From NCBI GenBank assembly GCA_022828125.1, contig JAJEJD010000030.1:26176-90175 (forward strand): a stretch of DNA of 64,000 nt. Direction: 5' to 3'. Both the position numbers and the translations under genes were made by a program. How positions within the stretch are numbered: the stretch's first letter is position 1; each line of letters opens with the position of its first letter. The notes beneath the pieces are model-generated. The model ran no database searches. It was not told where the DNA came from and was given only the letters and a program-made list of their open reading frames with translations. This DNA is from a bacterium. Its GTDB lineage: Bacteria; UBA8248. This document shows positions 38,032-48,952 of this stretch, piece after piece.

Positions 38032-39743
38032 TGGCTTTTCGTATGGACAGGCGCGCCTACGCCGACATGTTCGGCCCCACGGTGGGGGACAAGGTGCGCC
38101 TCGCGGACACCGATCTTTTCATCGAGGTCGAAGAAGACCGCACCGTCTACGGAGACGAGTCGAAATTCGGCGGCGGCAAGGTCATCCGGGACGGGATGGG
38201 GCAATCGCCCACCGAGACGCGAGAGGCCGACGCGATCGACCTGCTCATCACGAACGCGCTGATCCTCGACCACTGGGGCGTGGTGAAGGCGGACGTAGGG
38301 ATCAAGGACGGGAAGATCGCCGGAATCGGCAAGTCGGGCAACCCGCATCTCATGGAAGGTGTGGACATGACTATCGGCGCCGCGACGGAAGTCCTGGCGG
38401 GCGAGGGGATGATACTCACCGCGGGCGGCATCGACACCCACATCCACTTCATCTGTCCCCAGCAGATAGACGAGGCGCTCTCCTCGGGCGTCACCACCAT
38501 GTTCGGCGGGGGAACCGGCCCCGCCACGGGCACGAACGCCACCACCTGCACGCCGGGGGCGTGGAACATCGCCCGGATGCTCCAGGCGTCGGAGGCCTAC
38601 CCCATGAACCTGGGCTTCCTGGGCAAGGGGAACGCCTCGCGCCCCGGGCCGCTTGTCGAGCAGATACGCGCGGGCGCCGTGGGGCTCAAGCTCCATGAGG
38701 ACTGGGGAACCACGCCCGCGGCGATCGACTGCTGCCTCGGCGTGGCGGAGGACATGGACGTGCAGGTCTGCATCCACACCGACACGCTCAACGAATCGGG
38801 CTTCGTCGAAACCTCCATCGCCGCTTTCAAGGGCCGGACCATCCACACCTACCACACCGAAGGGGCAGGCGGCGGCCATGCGCCCGACATCATCCGCGTG
38901 TGCGGGGAGGCGGGCGTGCTGCCCTCCTCGACGAACCCCACGCGGCCCTTCACGGTGAACACGGTGGACGAGCATCTCGACATGCTCATGGTGTGCCACC
39001 ACTTGGACAGCAAGATTCCAGAGGACGTGGCCTTCGCCGAGTCGAGAATCCGGGCGGAGACCATCGCGGCGGAAGACATCCTCCACGACATGGGCGCGTT
39101 CAGCATGATGGGTTCGGATTCCCAGGCCATGGGCCGCGTGGGCGAGGTGGTCATCCGCACCTGGCAGACGGCGGACAAGATGAAGCGCCAGCGCGGCGGG
39201 TTGCCTGAGGAAACCGGCGCGAACGACAACTACCGCGCCAAGCGCTACGTGGCCAAGTACACCATCAACCCCGCGATCGCGCACGGCATCTCCGATTACG
39301 TGGGCTCGGTCGAAGTCGGCAAGATGGCCGACCTGGTGCTCTGGAAGCCCGCCTTTTTCGGCGTGAAGCCAGAGGCCGTGGTGAAGGGCGGCTTCATCGC
39401 TCACGCGGCGATGGGCGACCCCAACGCATCCATCCCCACGCCCCAGCCCGTTCTGGGCCGGCCCATGTTCGGCTCGATGGGGAAGGCGGTCGGCCCCACC
39501 TCTTACGCCTTCGTCTCTCAGGCGGCGGCGGAAGCGGGCCTCGGCGACGCGCTGGGTCTCACCAAGATCGTCGCCCCCGTCTCGAACTGCCGCGCCATCG
39601 GCAAGAAGGACATGCGCCTCAACGACGCCCTGCCCGATATCGAGGTCGATCCCGAGACCTACGTGGTGAAGGCGGACGGGGAGACGCTCACGTGTGAGCC
39701 CGCCGAGGTGCTCCCCATGGCGCAGCGGTATTTTCTGTTCTAG
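38031..39743 (+). CDS. ureC: Urease alpha subunit
   Basis: 570 aa. [16 protein letters not shown] and [12 protein letters not shown] motifs. Confidence 0.97.
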   Translation: MAFRMDRRAYADMFGPTVGDKVRLADTDLFIEVEEDRTVYGDESKFGGGKVIRDGMGQSPTETREADAIDLLITNALILDHWGVVKADVGIKDGKIAGIGKSGNPHLMEGVDMTIGAATEVLAGEGMILTAGGIDTHIHFICPQQIDEALSSGVTTMFGGGTGPATGTNATTCTPGAWNIARMLQASEAYPMNLGFLGKGNASRPGPLVEQIRAGAVGLKLHEDWGTTPAAIDCCLGVAEDMDVQVCIHTDTLNESGFVETSIAAFKGRTIHTYHTEGAGGGHAPDIIRVCGEAGVLPSSTNPTRPFTVNTVDEHLDMLMVCHHLDSKIPEDVAFAESRIRAETIAAEDILHDMGAFSMMGSDSQAMGRVGEVVIRTWQTADKMKRQRGGLPEETGANDNYRAKRYVAKYTINPAIAHGISDYVGSVEVGKMADLVLWKPAFFGVKPEAVVKGGFIAHAAMGDPNASIPTPQPVLGRPMFGSMGKAVGPTSYAFVSQAAAEAGLGDALGLTKIVAPVSNCRAIGKKDMRLNDALPDIEVDPETYVVKADGETLTCEPAEVLPMAQRYFLF

Positions 39744-39752
39744 GAGAGGGCG

Positions 39753-40196
39753 ATGATCCTCGTCGAAGAAATTCGGGGCAGGCTCTCCGCCAATGAGAGC
39801 AGGCGCGTCGAGCGCGTGGCCCTGGGCTGGGAGGACAGGCTCAGGAGCCGCCAGCGCGTGCGCACAGATTCCGGCGCCGAAATCGGCGTTAAACTGCCGA
39901 CCGGACAGCCTCTCAAGGAGGACGACATCCTCTTCGAGGATGAGGAGCGCGTAGTGGTCGTCGCGGCGATTCCCGAAGACGTGCTCGTCCTCTACGCGGA
40001 TTCACCTCTCGAGATGGGCCGCCTCTGCTATCAGGTGGGAAACCGCCACGCGCCGATCTGCGTTCAGGACGGCCGCGTCCTCACGCCCTATGACTCCGTG
40101 CTGGAGGCGTATTTCGTCAAGATGGGCGTCAGGTGCGAGAAGGCGAAAGAGCCCTTCACGCACGATTTCGGCGCCTTTCACTCACACCACCACTAG
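39753..40196 (+). CDS. ureE: Urease accessory protein UreE
   Basis: 147 aa. GNRHAP motif and a short His-rich C-terminus (HSHHH). Consistent with operon position. Confidence 0.85.
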   Translation: MILVEEIRGRLSANESRRVERVALGWEDRLRSRQRVRTDSGAEIGVKLPTGQPLKEDDILFEDEERVVVVAAIPEDVLVLYADSPLEMGRLCYQVGNRHAPICVQDGRVLTPYDSVLEAYFVKMGVRCEKAKEPFTHDFGAFHSHHH

Positions 40197-40199
40197 AAG

Positions 40200-40880
40200 A
40201 TGAGCGCCTACCGGCTCCTGCAGATTTCCGATTCCGCGTTTCCGCGCGGCGCCTTCGCCCATTCCTACGGGCTGGAGACCTATGTAACAGAAGGGCGCAT
40301 CGCCTCTGCCGGAGAGCTCGAGGAATTCATCGCCTCCGTCCTGCGCCACGGCGTGGCGACGCTCGACGGCGTTTATCTGCGCGAGGCGTTTCTGGCGAAA
40401 GGGGAAGACGACCTGCCGAAAGTCCTTGCGCTCGACGCGGCCTATGACGCCGCGCGGCCCGTGAAATCTCTGCGCGATGCGAGCCGGAGCGTGGGCCGTC
40501 AGTTCCTGCGCACGGCGCGGGGCTTCATCGAGGATTCTTTTCTGGACGAGTTGGAAGATGCGGCGAAGCTGGAGCGGACTTCCGGCCATTACCCGATTTC
40601 GCTTGGCTGCGTCGCCGAATCCTTGGGCCTGACTTGTGAAGAGGGCCTCGAATCGCTTTGTTACGGCGCGGTGTCCGGCCTGGTATCCGCCGCGGTGCGG
40701 CTGGTGCCGCTCGGCCAGACGGAAGGCCAGCGCGTCATCTCGAATCTCGAAGACGCGGTACGCGAGGCGGTCGAGACGGCTGCGGCGCTTCCTTTGGAAG
40801 ACGCGCACTCCTGGGGGCCGGGGCACGAGATACGCGCCATGACGCACCGCAGGCTTCACACGCGATTGTTCGTTTCTTGA
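40200..40880 (+). CDS. ureF: Urease accessory protein UreF
   Basis: 226 aa. [21 protein letters not shown] is the canonical UreF N-terminus. Confidence 0.85.
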   Translation: MSAYRLLQISDSAFPRGAFAHSYGLETYVTEGRIASAGELEEFIASVLRHGVATLDGVYLREAFLAKGEDDLPKVLALDAAYDAARPVKSLRDASRSVGRQFLRTARGFIEDSFLDELEDAAKLERTSGHYPISLGCVAESLGLTCEEGLESLCYGAVSGLVSAAVRLVPLGQTEGQRVISNLEDAVREAVETAAALPLEDAHSWGPGHEIRAMTHRRLHTRLFVS

Positions 40881-40891
40881 CGAGGAGGACG

Positions 40892-41509
40892 ATGATGGAT
40901 AAGGCGCCCGTAAAGATAGGCGTGGGCGGGCCGGTCGGCTCCGGCAAGACCGCCCTGGTGGACAGGCTTTGCAAGCGGATGCGCGATACATACGCCATCG
41001 CCGTGGTGACGAACGACATCTACACGAAAGAGGACGCGGAGTTCCTGACGCGGAGCGGCGCGCTCTCGCCCGAGCGAATATCGGGCGTGGAGACGGGCGG
41101 GTGTCCGCATACGGCGATCCGCGAGGACATATCCCTGAACCGCGAAGCCATGGAGATACTCGCGCGTGATTTTCATCCGCTGGACATCATTTTCGTGGAA
41201 AGCGGGGGCGACAACCTCGCCGCCACCTTCAGCCCCGAACTCGTGGACGCGTCGATCTACGTCATCGACGTGTCGGCGGGGGACAAGATTCCCCGCAAGG
41301 GCGGCCCCGGCATCACGCGCTCCGAACTCCTGCTGATCAACAAGATAGACCTGGCCCCCCTCGTGGGCGCGAGCTTGGAAGTCATGGACCGCGACGCGCG
41401 CAAGATGCGGGGCGAGCGCCCGTTCCTGTTCACCAACCTCAAAGCCGAGCAGGGCCTGGATGAGGTGATCGGCTGGATCGAGCGCGAACTCCTCTTTGTG
41501 GGGGCCTGA
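40892..41509 (+). CDS. ureG: Urease accessory GTPase UreG
   Basis: ATG at 40892 after GAGGAGG. P-loop [18 protein letters not shown] and NKIDL motifs. The track ORF 40658 start is upstream read-through. Confidence 0.95.
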   Translation: MMDKAPVKIGVGGPVGSGKTALVDRLCKRMRDTYAIAVVTNDIYTKEDAEFLTRSGALSPERISGVETGGCPHTAIREDISLNREAMEILARDFHPLDIIFVESGGDNLAATFSPELVDASIYVIDVSAGDKIPRKGGPGITRSELLLINKIDLAPLVGASLEVMDRDARKMRGERPFLFTNLKAEQGLDEVIGWIERELLFVGA

Positions 41510-42366
41510 TGCCGCTCGCGAGCGCCTCTGCGCCCTCCCGGGTGGGACGCCACGGCGTCGCGCTCGCGCGTTTCGCGCGCGCGGGTGGGCGGACGTATCT
41601 CGCGGATTCCTTCTTCCGCGTGCCGCTTCAGGTGATGCGCCCCCTCTACCCCGAGGGGGAAACTCCGGCCCACATGACGCTCATCAACCCGACGGGCGGG
41701 CACGTGGGCGGCGACGTTCTGGAACTCGAAATCGCGCTCGATGAGGGCGCGCAAGTCTTGTGGACGACGCAAGGAGCCACCAAGGTCTACAAGAGCTTGG
41801 GCGAACCGGTGGTATCGACGACCAGGATCGAGATGGGCCCGGGGAGCGGCCTCGAACTCCTGCCCGACCCCGTCATCCCCTATGGAAGTTCCATCTACTT
41901 GCAGGAGACGCGAATCTCCATGGCCGAGGGCGCGAAACTCCTCTACGGGGAATCGCTCTATCATGGCCGGGTCGCCTCGGGCGAGCATTTTGATTATTCG
42001 TGCTTGAAGCTGAAACTGCATATCGACTACGCGGGCGCGCCCCTCTTGCGGGACGTGATGGAGGTGAAGCCTGAAGATTCGAACCCCGAGCGGCTGGGCC
42101 TGTTCGAGCCGTATCCTTATCTCGGTTCTTTCTACGTCGGGGGCGGGACAGACGAGGAACTGAACCGCATCGCTGAGCAGGTCGATTCCCTGCTGGCGGG
42201 CGCTTCCGGCCTCGCGGGCGGCTGTACGCGGCTCACCGGCCCCGGCGCGCTGGTCCGCTGGCTGGCGGCTTCGCCTGAAACTTTAAGAAAAACCCACTTC
42301 AAAATCTGGAGCGTCGCCAGAAAAACGCTTTTCGGCCGGGAGGCGACGCCGCTCAGGAAGTTTTAG
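41509..42366 (+). CDS. ureD: Urease accessory protein UreD/UreH
   Basis: 285 aa. TGATG overlap with ureG. INPTGG motif. Last gene of the operon. Confidence 0.85.
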   Translation: MPLASASAPSRVGRHGVALARFARAGGRTYLADSFFRVPLQVMRPLYPEGETPAHMTLINPTGGHVGGDVLELEIALDEGAQVLWTTQGATKVYKSLGEPVVSTTRIEMGPGSGLELLPDPVIPYGSSIYLQETRISMAEGAKLLYGESLYHGRVASGEHFDYSCLKLKLHIDYAGAPLLRDVMEVKPEDSNPERLGLFEPYPYLGSFYVGGGTDEELNRIAEQVDSLLAGASGLAGGCTRLTGPGALVRWLAASPETLRKTHFKIWSVARKTLFGREATPLRKF

Positions 42367-42430
42367 CGGCGCGCGGTCTCGATGAAGCGGATTCGTGAAA
42401 CCTCCTGACGGGTCAAAGCGCGATGGTTCT

Positions 42431-42730
42431 GTAGGGACAGGTCGCGACCTGTCCCTACGGTGGGATCCCGACCGACTCTCGCGGGGCTGTTGAAAAAGCC
42501 TTTCTCAAAAGAGCAACCCCCCCTACCCCCCCTTGACAGGGGGGTAAAAAAGAGCAAAAGCCCCTCAGCCCGGCGGGGGCGCATCGCCTTTTCATACCCC
42601 CCTGACAAGGGGGGGTAGGGGGGGTTGCCTTTCAGGCGTCCCTCGATACGGCCCTTACGGGCCTACTCGGGATGAGGAGGTTTTATATCTTCCTCACCCT
42701 GAGTAGCCGCCGAAGGCGGCGTATCGAAGG
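42431..42730. repeat. Intergenic repeat mosaic: R2 hairpin + T motif + R1 palindrome + R5 pair
   Basis: GTAGGGACAGGTCGCGACCTGTCCCTAC (42431-42458), GGGGCTGTTGAAAAAGCC (42482-42499), R1 at 42511-42629 and R5 at 42642-42730. Confidence 0.75.
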
Positions 42731-42776
42731 GCGCTCATGGATTCGCGAACCGTCCCTACGCCGCCCCGCCGCGCTG

Positions 42777-43799
42777 CTACTCTGCCGTGCGCCGGAAATG
42801 GGGGAGGACTTCCTCCCCGAGCAGGCGGATCGCATTCATGATCTTGGCGTGATCAAGACCCGGGAACTGCATGCGGAAGTGCATCGAGGTCGTTCCGAGT
42901 TCATCCCGGTATCGTTCGATCTGGCGGATGCAGTCATCCGGCGAGCCCAGGATGAAGCGCTGCCTGAGATTTTCGGTGGCCTCGGCGCCCCGCTCCACGG
43001 GCCGGCCCTCGTCGTCCACGAGATGGCCCCAATCGAGATACTCCTGGTAGTTGTAGAGGATGGGTTCGCGCGCCTCCTCCCAGGCCTGTTCGCTCTCTTC
43101 GGCCACGTAGGCTTCTCGCCTTAAGGGAAACTCCACGCCGGACGCGTCCTTACCCGCCTCGGCGAGGGCGTCGAGATAGACCTGTTTTCGCTCCTTGAGC
43201 AGCTTGAGCGGAGTGACCGGGTCGGCGAGCCATGCGTCTCCCATCCGCGCGGCGCGGCGGACGGCGGCGGGCAGCTTGGCCCCCACCCAGATGGGCGGGC
43301 ACGGCTTCTGCTCGGGCCGGGGCATGAGGGTGACGTCCTCCATCGGGAAGCAAGGACCCGGGTGCGTCACGCCCCGCTCCGTCAGCAACCGGCGCACGAG
43401 TCCGAGGGCTTCTTCGAAACGCGCGGCGCGGTCTTCGAAAGGGACGCCAAACGCCGCGAATTCCTCCCGCCTGTAGCCGAGGCCCACCCCCAGCACGAAG
43501 CGGCCCCGCGACATGATGTCCAGCACAGCCGCGTCCTCGGCCACCGCCAGCGGGTGGTAGAAGGGCAGGAGGAGGACGCAGGTGCCGACCCGCATCCTCT
43601 CCGTCCGGGTGGCGATGCCGGCGGCGGTCACCATGTTGGAGGGGAAATAGCCGTTGTCCTCCACCATGTGGTGCTCGCTCGTCGTCACCATGTCGAAGCC
43701 GTAGCTCTCCGCCAGTTCGATCTGCTCCAGCGAATTGTGATAGGCATCCACCCAGTGCCCGGTGCGGGACTGGTAGCTGTAGTGCAAGGCGAACTTCAT
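42777..43799 (-). CDS. LLM-class flavin-dependent oxidoreductase
   Basis: 340 aa from the ATG at 43799 (CAGGAGG RBS). FDMVTTSEHH, GRFVLGVGLGY and PPIWVGA segments. Confidence 0.8.
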   Translation of the reverse strand: MKFALHYSYQSRTGHWVDAYHNSLEQIELAESYGFDMVTTSEHHMVEDNGYFPSNMVTAAGIATRTERMRVGTCVLLLPFYHPLAVAEDAAVLDIMSRGRFVLGVGLGYRREEFAAFGVPFEDRAARFEEALGLVRRLLTERGVTHPGPCFPMEDVTLMPRPEQKPCPPIWVGAKLPAAVRRAARMGDAWLADPVTPLKLLKERKQVYLDALAEAGKDASGVEFPLRREAYVAEESEQAWEEAREPILYNYQEYLDWGHLVDDEGRPVERGAEATENLRQRFILGSPDDCIRQIERYRDELGTTSMHFRMQFPGLDHAKIMNAIRLLGEEVLPHFRRTAE

Positions 43800-43976
43800 G
43801 TTTCGTCCTCCTGAACGCATGCCGTTTCGCCGGAAACGGCTGCGTTCCTGCCATGTGACGCGAAGCCCGGGGGCGGCGATTTCAAGGGCGAACTTCGCTC
43901 TGCGCCCCCGGCCCGCCTCGGGTGCCGGGGCCGGCCGGGGGCCGTTATTCGGCCTCGCGCAACTACCGCGAAGCGG

Positions 43977-44939
43977 TTATTTCTTCTTCACGAGCTTGTC
44001 CACGAGCGCCTTCATGTTCTTGTTTTCCTCCACCATGAAGGATTCGAAGTCCTTCCCGCTCATGTAGATCACCCGCTCGCCCATGCGCTTCACCATGGAC
44101 TGGAAGGATTTGTCCTTCACCCCCTTGTCGAACGCCGCCCGGAGCTGGGCCAGGATGTCCGCGGGCGTCTTCCTGGACGCGAAGACCGTCCGGAACATGG
44201 CGAACTGCACGTCGAAGCCCTGCTCCTTCATGGTGGGCAGGTTCGGAAGCTGGGGCAGCCGGTCCGGCGCCGTGATGGCGAGAACGCGGACATTTCCCTT
44301 GGAGAGCTGGGGCATCACCGTGGAGGCGAAGGCGGGGGCGATGTCGATGTGCCCGCCGAGGAAGGCCTTCCAGGTGGGGCCGCCGCCCTGGAACGGGACG
44401 AATTTCAGCTTGATGCCCGCCTTGAGCGAGAGAAGCTCCATGGGAATCTGGTCCACCCCCAGGCCGGGGACGCCGCCGAAGGAGATCTTGCCCGGCCTGC
44501 GCTTGGCGTCCTCGATCAGGTCGCGCAGGTTCTTCCATGGGGCGTCTTTCTTCACGGTGATGAGAAGCGGGCTGTAGTTGATCCGCCCCACCGGCACGAA
44601 GGACGCCGAGGTGTAGGGAAGGCTCTCGATGAGAGGCTTCACCAGGATGCTCTGCTGATCGCCCAGGATCAGCGTGTGCCCGTCCGCCCGCGCGCGGGCC
44701 ACGAAGCTCGCTCCGATGGAGCCGCCGCCGCCCGCCCGGATGACCGCGAGCATGGGCTGGCCCAGATAGGGTTCCATGACGCTCGCGAAGGCGCGCGCGT
44801 GCGCGTCGTGCGAGCCGCCCGGCGAATAGGGAATAACCAGCCGGACGGGCTTGTTCGGAAACTTCGCTGCCTCCAAGTGGGTCGGCGCCAGCCAAAGGGC
44901 CATGGCCGCGATGAGCAATACTGCCGAGAGTCGTTTCAT
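43977..44939 (-). CDS. tctC: TctC/Bug-family substrate-binding protein, locus 3
   Basis: 320 aa from the ATG at 44939 (CAGGAGGG RBS). Signal peptide. FPNKPVRLVIPYSPGGSHD. Confidence 0.9.
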   Translation of the reverse strand: MKRLSAVLLIAAMALWLAPTHLEAAKFPNKPVRLVIPYSPGGSHDAHARAFASVMEPYLGQPMLAVIRAGGGGSIGASFVARARADGHTLILGDQQSILVKPLIESLPYTSASFVPVGRINYSPLLITVKKDAPWKNLRDLIEDAKRRPGKISFGGVPGLGVDQIPMELLSLKAGIKLKFVPFQGGGPTWKAFLGGHIDIAPAFASTVMPQLSKGNVRVLAITAPDRLPQLPNLPTMKEQGFDVQFAMFRTVFASRKTPADILAQLRAAFDKGVKDKSFQSMVKRMGERVIYMSGKDFESFMVEENKNMKALVDKLVKKK

Positions 44940-45007
44940 GGTGAGTCCCTCCTGTGGGTTGACTTGCCTGCTTTGAAATCGTGCGCCCAGATTCAATGAA
45001 ACCCTCC

Positions 45008-46513
45008 TCATTCATCGCTGCCCAGCGGGGTTCGGCGGCGGGCGCCCCAGACGACGAACCCCGCGGCCAGCAAGAGGAAAACGAGCGATATAGGCCGGCG
45101 GACGAACAGGGAGAGGTCGCCGTCTCCCAGAATGAGCGATTGTCCGAGGGAAGACTCGAACGCCTGCCCCAGAATGAAGGTGATGATCAGGGGCGCGACC
45201 GGGAAATCGAATTTTCTCAGAAAATAGCCCACCGCACCGAATACCAGCATCACCTTCACGTCGAAGAAGCTGTTGTTCAGCGCGTATGTCCCCACCACGC
45301 AGAACGCCGCCACCACGGGGAAGACCGCCCGTTTCGGGAACCGCGCGATCATGGCCACGTAGCGCAGGCTGAAATGCCCGAGGACGAGCATGAGGGCGTT
45401 GCAGAGCAGCATGGCGATCAGGATGCTGTAGACGATCGCGCCGTGCTCCTCGAAGAGGCGCGGCCCCGGGCGGAGCCCCTGCACCATGAAGGCGGCGAAG
45501 AGCACCGCGGTCACGATGTCGCCCGGGATGCCGAAGCTGAGCAGGGGGATGAGGCTCGAACCGTTCACCGCGTTGTTGCCGGTCTCGGCGGCGGCCACCC
45601 CCTCCAGCGATCCCTTCCCGAACCGCTCGGGCTCCTTCGACCTCCGGTGGGCCAGGCCGTAGGAGACGAACGCGGACACCACCTGACCCAGGCCCGGTAT
45701 CGCGCCGATGATCGTGCCGACCACCGCCGAGCGCGAGATCGTCCGGCCGCAGCTCCTGAACTCCTCCAGGGTCAGGGGTTCGTTGCCCTCGGCATCCCAC
45801 GCGGTCACGCGCCTCTCGTCCTCGGCTTTGCGCTCCTCCCGGGTCCTCTCTCCGTAGAGGAAGATCTCGGAGAGCGCGAAGATTCCGATCAGCATCGCGA
45901 TGAAAGAGATTCCCCCGGTCAGGTCCACCGAGCCGAAGGTGAAGCGCCGCACCCCGATCAGGGGGTCGAGTCCGACCGAGCTCAGGAACAGCCCGAGGGC
46001 GGCGGCCATCAGCCCCCGGATCACCGAGCGGCCCGTGACGCAGCTGATGATGGCGAAGCTGAACACGAAAATAGCGAAATATTCCGGCGGCCCCACCAGG
46101 AGGGCGACCGCCGCGATGGCGCCCGCGATGAAGATGGTGACGACATCGCTGAAGGTGTCCCCGATGACGGAGGAATAGAGCGCCATCTCGAGGGCCTTCC
46201 TCGCCTTGCCCTGCTGGGCGAGGGGGTAGCCGTCCAGGACGGTGGCGGCGGCCGCTCCCGTCCCCGGCGTGTTGATGAGAATCGCGGGTATCGATCCGCC
46301 GAATATCGCTCCCTTCGTGATGGCCAGGAGGAAGGGAATCCCCAGAACGGGTTCGACGAAAAAAGAGATCGGCAGCAGAACCGCCACCGCCATGGCGGCC
46401 GTGAGGCCGGGGAGGCCGCCCACCACGATCCCCAGCAGCATCCCGATCACCAGGACCGCGAGCACGTCGAAGCGCAGGCTCAGGAGCAGGCCTTCACCCA
46501 GCTGGGCCCACAT
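45008..46513 (-). CDS. tctA: TctA-family large permease, locus 3
   Basis: 501 aa, colinear with the two other TctA paralogues. Confidence 0.9.
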   Translation of the reverse strand: MWAQLGEGLLLSLRFDVLAVLVIGMLLGIVVGGLPGLTAAMAVAVLLPISFFVEPVLGIPFLLAITKGAIFGGSIPAILINTPGTGAAAATVLDGYPLAQQGKARKALEMALYSSVIGDTFSDVVTIFIAGAIAAVALLVGPPEYFAIFVFSFAIISCVTGRSVIRGLMAAALGLFLSSVGLDPLIGVRRFTFGSVDLTGGISFIAMLIGIFALSEIFLYGERTREERKAEDERRVTAWDAEGNEPLTLEEFRSCGRTISRSAVVGTIIGAIPGLGQVVSAFVSYGLAHRRSKEPERFGKGSLEGVAAAETGNNAVNGSSLIPLLSFGIPGDIVTAVLFAAFMVQGLRPGPRLFEEHGAIVYSILIAMLLCNALMLVLGHFSLRYVAMIARFPKRAVFPVVAAFCVVGTYALNNSFFDVKVMLVFGAVGYFLRKFDFPVAPLIITFILGQAFESSLGQSLILGDGDLSLFVRRPISLVFLLLAAGFVVWGARRRTPLGSDE

Positions 46514-46514
46514 C

Positions 46515-46997
46515 CTAGAAGACCCCGCCGAAAAGCCTGCCTTCCGGCAGAACGACGCCCAGAAAATGTCCGAAGAAGACCCAGATGAACAGCGGGGTGA
46601 GCAAAACGATCAGCGCGAGGGTCCGCCATTCGCGCATCCCGAGCTGACAGGCGAACAGGGCGACCGCGACGGGGGTGGCGGGGAGCATACCGAACCACTC
46701 GACCAGGAGGATGTAGAGGACGAAGGTGGCGAACGGCGCCAGGGCGCGGGCCCGAAGCGGCCCGCCGGGAAGCGGCTCACGCCCGGCGGAGGGGGCGAAC
46801 CAGCTCCGCGCGGTCATCAGGGCGGCCATGAGCGCCAGCAGGGAGAGGGCCAGCGCGGGGAAGGCGCCGGGCGGGAACGGGATGGTCCGCTCCCCCAGCT
46901 TCCGGAGCAGCACCTGGCTGGGTATCAGCGCAAGCCCGGCCAGGCTGAAGGCGAGAACGAAAAGCCCGACCCACGTTTCCCAGTGAAATCGCTTCAT
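46515..46997 (-). CDS. tctB: TctB-family small membrane protein, locus 3
   Basis: 160 aa hydrophobic protein directly upstream of tctA. Gene order here is B-A-C, unlike loci 1 and 2. Confidence 0.7.
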   Translation of the reverse strand: MKRFHWETWVGLFVLAFSLAGLALIPSQVLLRKLGERTIPFPPGAFPALALSLLALMAALMTARSWFAPSAGREPLPGGPLRARALAPFATFVLYILLVEWFGMLPATPVAVALFACQLGMREWRTLALIVLLTPLFIWVFFGHFLGVVLPEGRLFGGVF

Positions 46998-47263
46998 GGT
47001 GCCCGCCCTCCAGCCGAACGCTCATGACTGCGAGGCCGGCTCTCCGAGCAAAGCGCAGCGATGATCGACCTGACGCTCCCCCGCGGAAAACTTCCCGGTG
47101 AAGGGTCACGCTTCCGGCGGTCTTTTGGGGGCCGGGGGAGCCGTCATTTCGATTTCTGCTATGAACGCAGATTACGGGAGGGCGTCTTTCGGGTCAAACG
47201 GAATCGTTTCCCGACCCGCTCCGCCGCCGCTTTTTCACCGGGTGCGCATGGGAACTCTCCCGA

Positions 47264-47701
47264 ATGTTTTACCTTCGCGATTTTGCCTCGGTTGCCACCC
47301 CAAAACCCCTTGTGTAGTGTTGATCGTACCGAAAAGACAGATTCTCTGAATTCCTGCGCGGGGGAGGATGCCATGGCTGCGAAGTCCAGGGTGGATGTCC
47401 TGATCGAGAACGGAACCGTCGTCACCGTGGACCCGCAGCGGCGGGTCATCCGCAAAGGCGCCGTCGCGATTGCGAAGAACCGGATCAAGGACGTGGGGAA
47501 GGCTTCGGCGCTCCGGAAAAAATACGAGGCCAGGCGCACCTACGACGCCACCATGAAGCTCGTCACCCCCGGCCTCATCAACGCGCACATCCACTTCTAC
47601 CACCACATGCACCGGGGCCTCTCGCCCGAGACCCTGGCGGGCATGCCGTGGTCCGACTTCGTCCACCGCAAGGTCGCCACCATCGTGAATGCGGAGGACG
47701 A
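47264..47701. repeat. Direct duplication, copy 1 (amidohydrolase leader plus first 110 codons)
   Basis: Aligns base-for-base with 50342-50779 with scattered substitutions. The encoded peptides differ at 8 of 110 positions. Confidence 0.9.
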
Positions 47702-47702
47702 T
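47373..47702 (+). pseudogene. 5' fragment of a TRZ/ATZ-type amidohydrolase gene, truncated by the AT-rich insertion
   Basis: MAAKSRVDVLIENGTVVTVDP...NAHIHFYHHMH... matches the first 110 residues of 50451-51839. After 47702 the frame runs into unrelated low-GC sequence. Confidence 0.85.
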
Positions 47703-47977
47703 AAAATCAAAGCCAAGAACCAGATCAATAAGAACCCTCAGGGTGCTGCCCCCCCCCGAAGAAAATCATTCCACATATCCCTGGGACACCGGAATAAATC
47801 GCGAAGGCGCTCTTCGACGCCAACGACAAGAGATTCCAGACTCCGGGTTGAGAGCAAGAGTTCTTGTGCCTGCCTTTCCTTGAGGCAGTAGTGCCTTTCT
47901 CAGCCCAGGTCCGGAGAGGAGACTGATAGACCCTTCCACTTGAGATACCTCTCTCCAGGCCGCATGGAGGGTTCATC

Positions 47978-48052
47978 ATGTATGAAATAACTGTATGGGT
48001 TTTTCTGATCAGCGGAATCGTCACGGCCGCAGTTTTTGGCATTTCCATATAA
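47978..48052 (+). CDS. Possible 24-aa hydrophobic micro-ORF (MYEITVWVFLISGIVTAAVFGISI)
   Basis: ATG with GGAGGG about 7 nt upstream and a single predicted TM helix. It lies at the head of the island cassette and is too short for the ORF track. Confidence 0.25.
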   Translation: MYEITVWVFLISGIVTAAVFGISI

Positions 48053-48165
48053 ATTGCAAAATTGGACAATGTATGATATTTTGCGCTCCGATCTCTAAAC
48101 ATTTTCAGAGGGGAACGGTGCCTTTCGAAGGGGCTGTTGCCCTATTTCTGTTTAAGGAGATTTTA

Positions 48166-48438
48166 ATGACACCGCCCGAACCAACAAACATTATCGGACC
48201 GGATGGAACTCCCAGGAAAGCTTACGATGTTCCGATCTTAGAGTCCAACGAAAAAGTTAGCGAAGTAAAGCTTGAAGATGGAACAATTCTTTACGTTAAG
48301 GCATCGCCTATCAGCGTTCTTAGGATAGATGGCGTGTGGGATGCCCACAACAACCCTATGTATTCGGTTCAAAGCAACACGGTAATCGGAGTAAAACACG
48401 CCCCGACTCAGTTAAAGAGGGGGCATGATGATGGCTAA
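48166..48438 (+). CDS. Hypothetical protein (90 aa), island cassette gene 1
   Basis: ATG with AAGGAG 7 nt upstream. The sequence looks beta-rich. No family recognised. Confidence 0.5.
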   Translation: MTPPEPTNIIGPDGTPRKAYDVPILESNEKVSEVKLEDGTILYVKASPISVLRIDGVWDAHNNPMYSVQSNTVIGVKHAPTQLKRGHDDG

Positions 48439-48943
48439 ATTCAGCGCACATGCGATATCGGATACACCACATTTCTCTGCGGGCGAATGGTGGAGTTCTG
48501 GGGTCGTTCAACGTGTTGATGACAGTAAAACCAGAGAGAATCTTCCTACGCAAACAGAGCTCTCCCAGTCTGAAAATTTTTACACTGGAATAGAAAATAT
48601 AATGAATGAGCTTCTCAGGATTAGGGAAGTCGCCAAAGATGAAGGATTCCTTGAACCTTCCGGAATGGTTATTCAGAGCGCAGAAAAAGTGTTAAATAAA
48701 ATTCATGCAATCTATCCTCGGGAATACGATATTTTCCCAACCCCAGATGGGGAAATATCCATTGAGACTCCTATAGGAATCGGCAGCTCACTGTGGTGTA
48801 TTTGCAAACCTTCTGGGCAAGTAATATTCATGGTTTACATTCAAGGAGAAAAACAGCGTCGTAAAGATTATGATGATCTAATGGCCTTTCCCGATGAATT
48901 TGTTATTAAAGCTTTGAACGATCTTAAAGCTCGAATAAACTAA
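48425..48943 (+). CDS. Hypothetical protein (172 aa), island cassette gene 2
   Basis: ATGATGATG start preceded by AGAGGGGG and overlapping the gene 1 stop by 14 nt. No family recognised. An internal start (MNELLRIREV) is possible. Confidence 0.5.
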   Translation: MMMAKFSAHAISDTPHFSAGEWWSSGVVQRVDDSKTRENLPTQTELSQSENFYTGIENIMNELLRIREVAKDEGFLEPSGMVIQSAEKVLNKIHAIYPREYDIFPTPDGEISIETPIGIGSSLWCICKPSGQVIFMVYIQGEKQRRKDYDDLMAFPDEFVIKALNDLKARIN

Positions 48944-48952
48944 TTCCACGCA

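Noticed and set aside
47749-47757. C9 homopolymer tract at the left edge of the island, considered as a phase-variation switch.
   Set aside because: It is not located in or just upstream of any credible intact ORF. It lies in the read-through tail of the pseudogene fragment.
47061-47891. 276-aa ORF spanning the region upstream of, through and beyond the amidohydrolase fragment.
   Set aside because: Only codons 105-214 (47373-47702) resemble a real protein. The N-terminal part is read-through of non-coding DNA, and the C-terminal part runs into the AT-rich insertion. It is called as a pseudogene fragment instead.
47725-48102. 125-aa minus-strand ORF inside the island.
   Set aside because: No RBS and implausible composition. 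It overlaps the better-supported plus-strand micro-ORF and the cassette leader.
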